Assembly: GCA_014728035.1 (NCBI GenBank) | Contig: WJMJ01000148.1 | Span: 1 to 64,000, forward strand | Reading direction: 5' to 3' | Source: Promethearchaeota archaeon | GTDB lineage: Archaea > Asgardarchaeota > Thorarchaeia > Thorarchaeales > Thorarchaeaceae | DNA: 64,000 bases | Part shown: positions 10,608 through 20,325 of the stretch, piece after piece | Position numbering within the stretch: the stretch's first letter is position 1 | Layout of the letters: each line of letters begins with the position of its first letter | Made by a program: the position numbers and the translations under genes | Notes under the pieces: generated by a model | What the model was told of the DNA's origin: nothing | Seen by the model: the letters and a program-made list of their open reading frames with translations, nothing else | Databases searched by the model: none

Positions 10608-11045
10608 TTATTGAATCTCCTTCAGACCATCACTCCATGTTCGTCCAAGTCCACCAGTTTCATCTACTTTCGTAAAGATTCCATTTGATATTATCAAGAA
10701 TGTTGGAAATAATGATTGGTAGAACAAAACTTCTAATGGGGTTCGAAATATTGCAAAGAATGAGATATTGCTAACTAGTAGAAAAAAGACCAAGGTAGCT
10801 AAAGTAAAACGTAACAATTTGAATCTTGATTCTACAGTAGTAGAATAGAAAATCACAAGAGTTGGTAAAAGTCTAAGGTCTAATCTCATTTCTCCTTTCT
10901 CAAAAGAGAATCTAAAATTTCTCGTCTTTTTCTGAGCCAATTTGAAGACTAACATTGGAAAGATGGAGACAAAATAAACCAATATAACAACTAATGAATT
11001 CAAGATTAATATGAAGAAACTCATCACTGCATCCTCCTTAAACAT
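10608..11045 (-). CDS. Hypothetical membrane protein
   Basis: 145 aa with 3-4 hydrophobic segments. Confidence 0.45.
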   Translation of the reverse strand: MFKEDAVMSFFILILNSLVVILVYFVSIFPMLVFKLAQKKTRNFRFSFEKGEMRLDLRLLPTLVIFYSTTVESRFKLLRFTLATLVFFLLVSNISFFAIFRTPLEVLFYQSLFPTFLIISNGIFTKVDETGGLGRTWSDGLKEIQ

Positions 11046-11154
11046 TCGAATATTTTGTATTTGAAAATAAAAATATTACTAAAAAATTAGACTATTATGT
11101 GTGGATATTCTAAATCGCCATTGATTCCTTCAGTCCACTCAGGAAATTAATACT

Positions 11155-13287
11155 ATGAAGATTGAATTGCCAGACCAGAAAATGATGCGAACAATTAGTA
11201 AATTGGTTCAGGATGAAACCGGTAAACGGCAATATTATAGACCAATCTATTCTTTGCATAAATGGTGGGCGAGAAGAGCTGGTTCCCATTTTAGATCACT
11301 AATTCTGTTAGCTACAACTAATTGTCAAAATCTGTTTGTTAGAGAAAATGGAAACCTATTAACTGATGAAAGTAATTATTTTCAGAATCACGACCTAAGT
11401 CAAATAGTCATTTTCGATCCATTCATGGGAGGAGGGACAACTCTCGCAGAAGCAAATAGATTAGGATCAAGAGTTATTGGATGTGATATTAACCCTGTTT
11501 CATATTGGATTGTGAAACAAACTCTTTCAAATGCTGATTTGGTAGATTTGCACAAATGGTTTTTGAAATTAGAGAAATCTGCTGGCAAAGCCATATCTGA
11601 ACTCTATAAAACAAAATGTCATGACTGTGGAAATGAAACAGCTGAAAGTTTGTATACGTTTTGGCTTCGCACTCTTACTTGTCCTGATTGTAAAAGAGAA
11701 GTTCCACTATTCAAAAGAGTTCAATTGAACAAAGGTAGAAAAAGAAACAGTAGAATTTCCTTTGAGAATCCAGCAACAATCTTTTGCCCGTTCTGCTACG
11801 AGATACAGAAATGGGAAGGTCAGAGTGAAATTGTATGCTCAAATTGTCGAAGAGAATTCATGTCAAGTATTCAATCCTACAATCGTGGAAGGTTTTCGTG
11901 CGTCCATTGTAATTCATCAGACCATAGCATGATTGACCAAATTAAAGCAGGTCATCACTTTTCACTTACCCATCTTGCTATAGAATATTGGTGCATAACA
12001 TGCGATGAACGATTATACAAAAAACCTGACCGAGAAGATGTATATCGTGTCAAGAAGATTTCTGAAGATGTTGAAAAACAATGGGATACTCTAGTTATAC
12101 CAAAACAAATGATTCCTAAAGGCACAACTTCTCAACGATGGCGCAATCATGGATTCCAGAGTTATGAACAAATCTTTAATCCTAGACAAATATTGGCATA
12201 TAATCATATTATAGACGTTATCAAAGATTTCCCAGAAGAAATTCACAATGCATTTCTTACAATTTTATCCAATTCGCTAGAATATAACAACATGATGACA
12301 CCGTACAATTATCCTCATCGCAAATTACATCATCTTTTCACGTACCATGCTTTACCATTAACCACCACTCCTGTTGAAGGAAATGTTTGGGGTGTGCTTC
12401 GAAAAGGAGCTGGGACATTTGTTAATTGCTACCATAGATATATTTCAGCAAAAAAATATTGCCAACAACCTTTTGATAGGTACAGAGATTCATCGGGAAA
12501 TATTCAGACTAGATTTGCAAAGGAAGAATTCATTGGAGCAACTTTTGTTGATGACTATAAACAGTTAGAAGAATATTCCAAAAGTGCTTTGCTATTCTGT
12601 AAGGATTCTTCTTCTATACCTGAAATTCCAGATTGTTCTGTTGACCTGATTGTAACTGATCCGCCCTATTTTGATAATATCCATTATTCTGAACTGTCTA
12701 ATTTTTTCTATGTTTGGCTTAGCCAAATCTCAAATGACATTCTTTTCAGGAAACAATATGTACCGATAGAGAATGAAGCAATCGGAAACACCAGTAGAAA
12801 TCAGGATATTGTTCATTACCAAAGAATGATGACCAAGGTCTTCATTGAATGTGAGAGAGTGTTAAAAGATAATGGGAAGCTTGTATTCTCATTTCATCAT
12901 AAGAAGCTAGAAGCATGGTGGGCAATTCTTGAATCACTCAGGAAAAGTGAATTTAGAATAACAATGACATTCCCAATAGATAGTGAATACAAAGTCAATC
13001 CCCACATTAGAAAAAGGGATTCCATGAAATTAGATCTGAATATATTCTGTGAAAAACGCTCTAGCACTCTAAGCGAAGCCCCATCGCATCAATTAGTTAT
13101 GGAGAAAATATGGAGCAGGATTGAAGGGATTGAGAATTATGATTTTGATTGGTTATACCTACTTTCCCTGGGTGTGGTATTAGAAATTGGTTCACACTCG
13201 AAAGTGACCTTTGAATGGTTCAAAATAATAATTGAAAAATACCGTAATGTAATTCTTAGAGAAATTGACAAACTATCAGACAGGTGA
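11155..13287 (+). CDS. Adenine-specific DNA methyltransferase with Zn ribbons (COG1743 / DUF1156 type)
   Basis: LHKWWARR, SAM-binding motif I DPFMGGGT, several CxxC pairs, catalytic motif IV TDPPY. Confidence 0.9.
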   Translation: MKIELPDQKMMRTISKLVQDETGKRQYYRPIYSLHKWWARRAGSHFRSLILLATTNCQNLFVRENGNLLTDESNYFQNHDLSQIVIFDPFMGGGTTLAEANRLGSRVIGCDINPVSYWIVKQTLSNADLVDLHKWFLKLEKSAGKAISELYKTKCHDCGNETAESLYTFWLRTLTCPDCKREVPLFKRVQLNKGRKRNSRISFENPATIFCPFCYEIQKWEGQSEIVCSNCRREFMSSIQSYNRGRFSCVHCNSSDHSMIDQIKAGHHFSLTHLAIEYWCITCDERLYKKPDREDVYRVKKISEDVEKQWDTLVIPKQMIPKGTTSQRWRNHGFQSYEQIFNPRQILAYNHIIDVIKDFPEEIHNAFLTILSNSLEYNNMMTPYNYPHRKLHHLFTYHALPLTTTPVEGNVWGVLRKGAGTFVNCYHRYISAKKYCQQPFDRYRDSSGNIQTRFAKEEFIGATFVDDYKQLEEYSKSALLFCKDSSSIPEIPDCSVDLIVTDPPYFDNIHYSELSNFFYVWLSQISNDILFRKQYVPIENEAIGNTSRNQDIVHYQRMMTKVFIECERVLKDNGKLVFSFHHKKLEAWWAILESLRKSEFRITMTFPIDSEYKVNPHIRKRDSMKLDLNIFCEKRSSTLSEAPSHQLVMEKIWSRIEGIENYDFDWLYLLSLGVVLEIGSHSKVTFEWFKIIIEKYRNVILREIDKLSDR

Positions 13288-13323
13288 GGTAAACCTTCAT
13301 TAGATGATAATCCTTCAACTTTC

Positions 13324-13629
13324 GTGATGTCTGTCTTCCTCCCTGTACTTATCGCTGTCTTACTCCTCGGAGCTATCATAGCTCTAATCAAAAGTACTAA
13401 CCCTTCAATTTTGAGTGACATCAATGAAGAAATGCAGGATATGGGAGATTCATGTGAACCTCTTATGTGCATTGTAATGTTCCTTATCATAAGTTCCGGT
13501 GCAGTTTTCACTTTAGCTGATTTCGTTTTATCTTTTGATAACATTATCTTTTTACTTACTTCAATTGTAGTTGTGTTAGTTCTGATATCTATGGCGTTTA
13601 AAATGAAAGAAGTCGTTAACCCAGAATGA
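13324..13629 (+). CDS. Small 3-TM hypothetical protein
   Basis: Three hydrophobic helices in 101 aa. Confidence 0.5.
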   Translation: MMSVFLPVLIAVLLLGAIIALIKSTNPSILSDINEEMQDMGDSCEPLMCIVMFLIISSGAVFTLADFVLSFDNIIFLLTSIVVVLVLISMAFKMKEVVNPE

Positions 13630-13630
13630 T

Positions 13631-13945
13631 TTGACATTAGCAATACAGGATTCATCGAGTAGAAAGACAGCCGTTCCCCGAAACATATATAATGAAAATA
13701 AACTATTGTTAATTATGTTACCTCTGTATTTAACAATTGGAATGGTTGCGTTTGGAATCATGATATACCTGTATGGTAGAATAGTTGAAACAAGAGGTCA
13801 TCAAACGCATCCACAGAATCAAAGAAAACCTGGAAGGGATATGTGGATGAATTCTCTTCTAGAATGTTACTATGAACCAGCTAAGTATGTTTTTGGTCCT
13901 GGAAAAGCAATACCAGTAGAAAGGCAAAAAAAGAAACAAAATTGA
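13631..13945 (+). CDS. Small single-TM hypothetical protein (start uncertain)
   Basis: One TM followed by a polar/basic tail. The real start may be the internal ATG (MLPLYL). Confidence 0.35.
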   Translation: MTLAIQDSSSRKTAVPRNIYNENKLLLIMLPLYLTIGMVAFGIMIYLYGRIVETRGHQTHPQNQRKPGRDMWMNSLLECYYEPAKYVFGPGKAIPVERQKKKQN

Positions 13946-14151
13946 ATCTGCAAAAAATAGATTGATTCAAAAAAGTTTTGAGAAGAATAGAAGTGACAAA
14001 ATGATCAAGGCATCGAGTTCTCAGGCAAGTACACTTTTTCTTCAGATTCAATAGATTACTTAACCTGAAAATGATAATGCGTTCTTCCAGTATATTATAT
14101 ACTTACAAATCAATGTAATCATGGAGAAATGAATTAGAAAGGTGAACAAAA

Positions 14152-14355
14152 ATGATTCAAGCAAGTGACCATGTCTGTGTGTTATGTGTTGAACAAGAAG
14201 CAGCCAGAATACTTGCTATATGTTTAGACCTTAACTTAGATCTTAACACTAGAGAAGATGTGAAGAATCTAATCAGAATCAATGGTTTAGCATCAAAATA
14301 TCCATATCCGGGTTTTGTTGAGTTAGTCATCGATAGATTTTTGGAAATAAAGTAA
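14152..14355 (+). CDS. Small hypothetical protein with CxxC
   Basis: 67 aa with CVLC. GGTGA ribosome-binding site upstream of the ATG. Confidence 0.55.
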   Translation: MIQASDHVCVLCVEQEAARILAICLDLNLDLNTREDVKNLIRINGLASKYPYPGFVELVIDRFLEIK

Positions 14356-14393
14356 GTGACGACTAAAGGAATACATATTGAAATGGAACCGTT

Positions 14394-15023
14394 CTAGCTT
14401 AAAGATACCTTGAATCTACAAGAGTTGGAACCATGTAATACAGTGGTTCTCTTTTCGACCTGCACCTTTTTGTCAAGAATAGCTTCAAAATTATGTTTTA
14501 TCCAATGTAATGAGCAGTTGCACCATACGGACTGGTTAACCAATCCTAACGATACCAGCGGACAAAGACATTTAGGATATGTAACCTCAAGTTCACTCTC
14601 ATCTATATATGACCAAAAAGTATCACCTTCACCTAGTTCTTTGTTGAGTCGGTCAACGAAATCTTTCATGTCTTCTGATTGATTGAAAACATTTTTGAAA
14701 ATCTTTGTAGCATGAGCATTTGCACAAGCAGAACCACAGAATGAGAGAAGATTTCTGGATAATTCATCATGGTTGTTAATGATATTCAAAACCGATGAGA
14801 ACCAGCTATTCAAGAATCTTTTTACTGCCGGGGTTGATTCATTGAAAGAATATAGAACCTGGGTAACTTCTTTCTTAGTTTTGTCAGCATCAGAGGGGTC
14901 TGACCAAGCAAGTAAGAAATCTTTTTGTTCTTTACTTTCTGTTTCTAGAGACATAATCTGATTAACTATTTCAATTCGGATATCGTCAGGTTGTGCCGCT
15001 ATTCCTTCTGCAAATCCTTCCAT
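14394..15023 (-). CDS. DUF6144 / V4R-like Cys-rich ligand- or metal-binding protein, probably 5'-truncated
   Basis: CGSAC, YPKCLCP, WCNCS and TVLHGSNSCRF motifs. A frameshifted upstream continuation is described in findings. Confidence 0.7.
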   Translation of the reverse strand: MEGFAEGIAAQPDDIRIEIVNQIMSLETESKEQKDFLLAWSDPSDADKTKKEVTQVLYSFNESTPAVKRFLNSWFSSVLNIINNHDELSRNLLSFCGSACANAHATKIFKNVFNQSEDMKDFVDRLNKELGEGDTFWSYIDESELEVTYPKCLCPLVSLGLVNQSVWCNCSLHWIKHNFEAILDKKVQVEKRTTVLHGSNSCRFKVSLS

Positions 15024-15215
15024 CCAAGTTATTATGAAATTTCGTACCGTTCATTTTTAGTTGGACAAACTTAGACACCCGAGCTTTGTCCGTCCAGAAA
15101 CGGTACTGGAACTGGCTCGGTCCTGGTCAGGGATCCTGTGTCTTTAGACCAAATCTCTATTCCAGATCACTCCATATAAACTCCCTATCAGATCTTGTCC
15201 AACAATGTCCAAGTT
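15024..15215 (-). pseudogene. Decayed coding remnant, homologous to 43777..43965
   Basis: Colinear nucleotide similarity to 43799-43965. Reads ...IPDQDRAS...W...MNGTKF.ITW with a stop and frameshifts. Confidence 0.5.
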
Positions 15216-15450
15216 TTCAGTAGCTGATTGCTACCCATATATCCCATTGTGACATTATTCTCATATCCAGTAGAGTTAATTCAAAAATAGTACCACTGCT
15301 TGAAATTAGTATTTCTCAGGAATATCGAGCTTCAGCATGTTAATATTATCGTAATAGATTGAAATATTCCATAAAGCTCAAGATTCACGAGTATAAGGAA
15401 TAAGAGGTAGTCTTTTCTTTGAAGTAACACAACCAAAGGTTACTGGTATT

Positions 15451-18400
15451 ATGAAGATAAAGGTCAGAGGTGCTAGGGAAAATAACCTACAGGATATCGA
15501 TGTCGATATAGGAGATGGACTTACAGTTGTTACTGGAGTAAGTGGTTCTGGGAAAACATCCTTGGTCTTTGACACAATCTATAAAGAAGCTCGTAGACGA
15601 TTTCTAAATCTTTTTGGAACCAGTGGCTCAGAAAATTCAATAAGACCTGTGAAGATTCGATCTTTAACTGGAATTGGGCCTGTCATTGCAGTTGAACAAG
15701 ATGTCCTAAACAGAAATCCTTTGTCGACTTTAGCTACCGCATCTGGTATTCATCCATTTCTAAGAATCCTCTTTGCACGATTTGGAACTAGACACTGCCC
15801 AAAATGTGAAAACGAATTCGTCAAACTTTCTGGAAACGAGATATTACAAGAGATAGTCAAAATATCGAACTCCGGTCCTATATCAATAATTGTTCCGCTC
15901 GTGCGAAATGCTTATGGTTCCCATAGAACTTTGATTGAGCTCTTGGTAGACAATTTTGATTCCTCTAAGATTATCGTAGATGGAGATACCAAGATTCCAA
16001 ATCTTGATCCATCTAAGAAACATTCAATCCATATTAGTCTCTCTAGAGAACTTGTAAATCCAACTTCCCAGAGCATTCGTGATATTCTTGAACGTGCTTG
16101 GGAGATGGGCAGTAACAGCATAATCATCAAAACGGACGATGATGAATTCTCATTCTCAAGAACATCCGAATGTAGTACTTGTGGATTCTGGCTTGGAGAG
16201 ATTGAACCCACTCACTTCCATCGTCAATGCACATCTTGTGAAGGTAAGGGGTGTGTGGAATGTGCTAGCACTGGACTTACTCCAAAAGCCGCATATGTGA
16301 AATGGAATAATCATATAATTTCAGAATATCTTTCACTCACTGTCGATGAGATTGCTGAATCGCTGAACAGCATCACATATGTTTCAGCAGCTGAAAGAGT
16401 TATTTCTGAAATCCTTAGACGAATACTAGCTCTGAAAAAAGTAGGGCTTGGATATTTGCAACTCGATAGATCTTCTCCAACATTATCTCGTGGTGAAAGT
16501 CAGAGAGTGAGATTAGCAATATCTCTAACTGGACAATTAGAGGATATTACTCATATTTTAGATGAACCCACTATTGGTCAACATCCTGCAGATGTAGGAA
16601 ATTTAGTCAAAGCATTTAGTGAGTTAAAAGGTCCTGTTATTTTTGTAGAACATGATAGATCTGCAGCTGCGCAAGCAAATACGGCAATCGATTTGGGTCC
16701 TGGAGCAGGTAAAGATGGAGGAAAGACGATTTTTCGAGGTACACCTAAAGACCTCTGGAATTCTGAAACCACAACTGGGAAGTACTTTAGTTTTAGAAAA
16801 AGAGTGAAGATACCAGAAAAGAGAGATAGACCAACAAAATTCATCATTATCAAAGGCGCAATGAAACACAATCTAAAAGAAATCGATACGAAAATACCTC
16901 TTGGTAGATTGACTGTTGTCACCGGCAAATCTGGTTCAGGGAAGAGTACTCTGGTTGAATATGTTCTGACTCCAAGTCTAAAGAAGAAGAAACCCATAGG
17001 ATGTGCTTCAGTCAGCGGTCCAAAACTAAAACCAGTAATTGTTGATCAGAAGCCAATTGGTAAAAATCCTAGATCAAATCCAGGAACATACTCGAAACTT
17101 TCAGATATTATTCGAGACCTCTATTCTACTCAAACTGGTTTGTCAACTTCTCATTTCTCATTTAATCGACCAGAAGGTGCATGTCCAGTCTGCAAAGGCA
17201 TGGGTGCAACCGAGGTGAAAATGACATATCTACCATCTGAATGGATAACCTGTTCTGAATGCGAAGGTGAGAGATTCAAGGACGAAATACTTGAGGAAAC
17301 TGTTCACTTTACTGACAAGGAGCTTAGTATCGCAGATATCTACAATCTTTCGATAAGAGAAATCTATGACCTATTCAAAGAGGATGGTCGAATACCTGAA
17401 AAGAAGCGTGTATCCGCCCTGAAGATCCTCTCTGCGATGGTTACTGTTGGATTAGGATATCTCAAACTCGGACAACCAAGTCCCACACTCAGTGGAGGAG
17501 AATCACAAAGAGTGAAACTTGCAAAATATCTCGGTAAGCGTTCCTTGAAAAGAAGATTACTTGTACTGGATGAACCATCAACAGGATTACATCCAGCTGA
17601 TTTGGCAGGATTATTGAAAGTGTTGGACAAACTCGTTAGAGATGGAGCAACTGTCGTGGTAGTTGAGCATAATACTGACATCATTAGAGCTGCTGATTGG
17701 ATTATCGACCTTGGTCCAGAAGGCGGCCCTCAAGGTGGACAAGTCCTCTTTCAAGGCCCTTACAGCGAATTTCTTTCTAATGATGATTCATACACAGCAC
17801 AAGCAATAAGAGATGAAGAAAGTCTTGAACCAATTTCAGAATTTGATTGGGTTGGAACCAGTAAAGAGGAGTATATATCAATTGTAAACGCTCGAGCAAA
17901 CAATCTAAATTCAGTCAATGTTGACATTCCAAAAGGGAAATTGACCGTGGTTACAGGAGTTAGCGGAAGTGGCAAATCGTCCCTAGTTCACGATGTATTA
18001 GAAAGTGAAGCAAAGAAACGTTATCTTGAAAGTCTTTCAGTCTATGAACGGCAAGGCGTAAAAGAAGGCCCAGAGGCACCTGTCGATAGTATATCAGGAC
18101 TTGGTGTTACTGCAATAGTAGGCCCACATGCGATCTCTGCCGAGTCAACTTGGACAAAGTGGACAAGATCGACCGTTGGAACTCATTCTGGAATCTACTA
18201 CAATTTAGCTAGACTCTTCTCAAAAATAGGTGAAAAAACATGTCTCAAATGTGGAAATGTAATGGAGCGTACTAACCGATTCGAATGTCCTAAATGTGGT
18301 AACCTGACTCCACTTGCGAGACCTCGACATTTTTCCCAGAGGACGTATGCAGCGGCATGTCCTGAGTGTAATGGGCTAGGTACTATTTCGATTCCAGTTC

Positions 18401-20325
18401 CAGAGAAGCTTATAATTCACCCAGACAAACCGATATGTAAAGGGGCCATGTATTCCCCAGGGTTCTTCCCAAAAGGATTTCTCTGTAAGCCCTACAATAG
18501 TGCATACTATGAGTTGCGTGTATTCGCTCAACATTACGGATTCGATCCAGACAAGACACCATGGAATGAAATGACTGAAGAAGCACAACACGCTTTTTTG
18601 TTTGGCTCAGAACAAGAAATAGATGTTACTTATGAAAATCGAGCTGGAAAGTTCCGTACAAAGAAAACGAAATGGGCTGGATTCTATATAGGTTTTGTAA
18701 CTGATTGGGACATCGGAGATACATACAATCGAACAGAGAATTGTCCAAAATGTAAAGGTTCAGGATTGAGAGATAAATATCTTAAAATAAAATTAGCTGG
18801 CTATAACATTCACGAATTAAGCTTGCTACCATTGAACGAGTTGCTCAGTATCCTCCAAAGAATTCCAAAATTAGAGGACAAGATTGCAAATAATGAGTTA
18901 ACATCAGCAAAAAAGCGTCTAGAATTCCTTTCATCTGTGGGTCTTGCGTACCTGCATCTTAAAAGAATAGCAGGGTCTCTTTCAGCAGGGGAGGCACAGA
19001 GAATATCTCTTGCAGGAATACTAGGAAGTGGTCTCACATCAATGACTATTCTCATGGATGAGCCAACTAGGGGAATGCATCCATCTGAAGTAGCATCCTT
19101 GGCAGCGGTGCTTCAAGAATTACGACATAATGGAAATACAGTTGTCTGTGTAGAGCATGATCCAACAATAATCAAATCTGCTGATGAGATTATCGATATT
19201 GGGCCTGGTTCTGGAAAGAATGGAGGAGAAGTAGTAGCATTAGGGTCTCCTGAATTAGTAGCTAAAAGTAGTACAATTACTGCACAATGGCTTTCGGGGA
19301 AAAAATCTTTCAACCAAGATCGCAAACGAAAAGAACCAACAGAATGGATGACGATTAAAGGCGCAAGAGAAAATAACCTACAGAACATATCGGTAAGAAT
19401 TCCTTTAGGTGTATTGGTAGGAATCTGTGGGGTTTCAGGTTCCGGAAAAAGCACATTGATTCTTGATACTATAGGACGCAAGATTGCACCGAAGAAACAT
19501 ACTACAAGTACATCTCGTGAGCCAACCACACCTGGTGAGTTCGACTCAATTGAAGGAGCACCAAATTATGCATACCAACTCGGACAAGCACGAAAAGGAA
19601 TAACCAGCCCTGCTCGAGCTCTCGGATTGTTTAAACCTCTAGCAAAACTATACAGTGAGAGTGAGGATGCACACGCATTAGGTCTCGACAACAAACAAAT
19701 CACAAAAGCATGTGATGTGTGCAATGGAGATGGGTTACATAGGATAGACATGGGATTTTTACCTGATGTATTCACAGAATGCGAAACCTGCAAAGGCTCT
19801 GGCTACGGTCCGGATGCGTGGGATGTAAAACTCAAAGGGGTCTCACTACCAGAATTGAATAACCTCACACTCCAAGAAGTTTATGACTTGTTTTCCTTTG
19901 ACTCAACAATTAAACGAAAAATCAAACCTGCTCTGGATGTTGGACTTGGGTATCTTGTCTTACATCAACCTGGTATCAGTCTATCTGGAGGCGAGAGGCA
20001 AAGACTCAGAATAACACAGGAACTAGCTAAAAGAACTCGAGATGGAACATTGTATATTCTTGATGAACCAACTGTAGGTCTTCATTTAGATGACGTTAAC
20101 AATCTGGTAGAAGTGTTACATGAATTGGTTGATTCAGGAGCGTCAGTTATTGTTGTGGATCATCACTCACATCTTCTCTGTTCCTGTGACTGGTTAATTG
20201 AATTAGGACCAGAAGGTGGTCCAAAAGGCGGAAAAATAATTGCAGAAGGAACTCCAGAACAGATTGCCAAGAGCAGTACTCCTTCGGCTCCATATCTAAA
20301 AGAGGTGTTGGAGGGTAAACAATGA
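15451..20325 (+). CDS. Double-length UvrA-like ABC ATPase (four nucleotide-binding domains)
   Basis: Four Walker A motifs (GVSGSGKTS, GKSGSGKST, GVSGSGKSS, GVSGSGKST), four LSxGExQR signatures, four DEP[TS] motifs, Zn-binding CxxC pairs, and GAxxNNL starts. Confidence 0.92.
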   Translation: MKIKVRGARENNLQDIDVDIGDGLTVVTGVSGSGKTSLVFDTIYKEARRRFLNLFGTSGSENSIRPVKIRSLTGIGPVIAVEQDVLNRNPLSTLATASGIHPFLRILFARFGTRHCPKCENEFVKLSGNEILQEIVKISNSGPISIIVPLVRNAYGSHRTLIELLVDNFDSSKIIVDGDTKIPNLDPSKKHSIHISLSRELVNPTSQSIRDILERAWEMGSNSIIIKTDDDEFSFSRTSECSTCGFWLGEIEPTHFHRQCTSCEGKGCVECASTGLTPKAAYVKWNNHIISEYLSLTVDEIAESLNSITYVSAAERVISEILRRILALKKVGLGYLQLDRSSPTLSRGESQRVRLAISLTGQLEDITHILDEPTIGQHPADVGNLVKAFSELKGPVIFVEHDRSAAAQANTAIDLGPGAGKDGGKTIFRGTPKDLWNSETTTGKYFSFRKRVKIPEKRDRPTKFIIIKGAMKHNLKEIDTKIPLGRLTVVTGKSGSGKSTLVEYVLTPSLKKKKPIGCASVSGPKLKPVIVDQKPIGKNPRSNPGTYSKLSDIIRDLYSTQTGLSTSHFSFNRPEGACPVCKGMGATEVKMTYLPSEWITCSECEGERFKDEILEETVHFTDKELSIADIYNLSIREIYDLFKEDGRIPEKKRVSALKILSAMVTVGLGYLKLGQPSPTLSGGESQRVKLAKYLGKRSLKRRLLVLDEPSTGLHPADLAGLLKVLDKLVRDGATVVVVEHNTDIIRAADWIIDLGPEGGPQGGQVLFQGPYSEFLSNDDSYTAQAIRDEESLEPISEFDWVGTSKEEYISIVNARANNLNSVNVDIPKGKLTVVTGVSGSGKSSLVHDVLESEAKKRYLESLSVYERQGVKEGPEAPVDSISGLGVTAIVGPHAISAESTWTKWTRSTVGTHSGIYYNLARLFSKIGEKTCLKCGNVMERTNRFECPKCGNLTPLARPRHFSQRTYAAACPECNGLGTISIPVPEKLIIHPDKPICKGAMYSPGFFPKGFLCKPYNSAYYELRVFAQHYGFDPDKTPWNEMTEEAQHAFLFGSEQEIDVTYENRAGKFRTKKTKWAGFYIGFVTDWDIGDTYNRTENCPKCKGSGLRDKYLKIKLAGYNIHELSLLPLNELLSILQRIPKLEDKIANNELTSAKKRLEFLSSVGLAYLHLKRIAGSLSAGEAQRISLAGILGSGLTSMTILMDEPTRGMHPSEVASLAAVLQELRHNGNTVVCVEHDPTIIKSADEIIDIGPGSGKNGGEVVALGSPELVAKSSTITAQWLSGKKSFNQDRKRKEPTEWMTIKGARENNLQNISVRIPLGVLVGICGVSGSGKSTLILDTIGRKIAPKKHTTSTSREPTTPGEFDSIEGAPNYAYQLGQARKGITSPARALGLFKPLAKLYSESEDAHALGLDNKQITKACDVCNGDGLHRIDMGFLPDVFTECETCKGSGYGPDAWDVKLKGVSLPELNNLTLQEVYDLFSFDSTIKRKIKPALDVGLGYLVLHQPGISLSGGERQRLRITQELAKRTRDGTLYILDEPTVGLHLDDVNNLVEVLHELVDSGASVIVVDHHSHLLCSCDWLIELGPEGGPKGGKIIAEGTPEQIAKSSTPSAPYLKEVLEGKQ

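Noticed and set aside
13137-13655. Antisense or overlapping short ORFs in the track (e.g. 13137..13655, 3850..4089, 16578..16997, 19113..19529, 20147..20563)
   Set aside because: They are shadows of well-supported opposite-strand genes or AT-rich spacer ORFs with no motifs.
15046-15213. The 15.0 kb / 43.8 kb similarity as a DGR template/variable repeat pair or a MITE (GTTGGACAA/TTGTCCAAC inverted repeat)
   Set aside because: Mismatches are not adenine-specific, there is no reverse transcriptase in the window, the inverted repeat is absent from the second copy, and the divergence looks codon-like.
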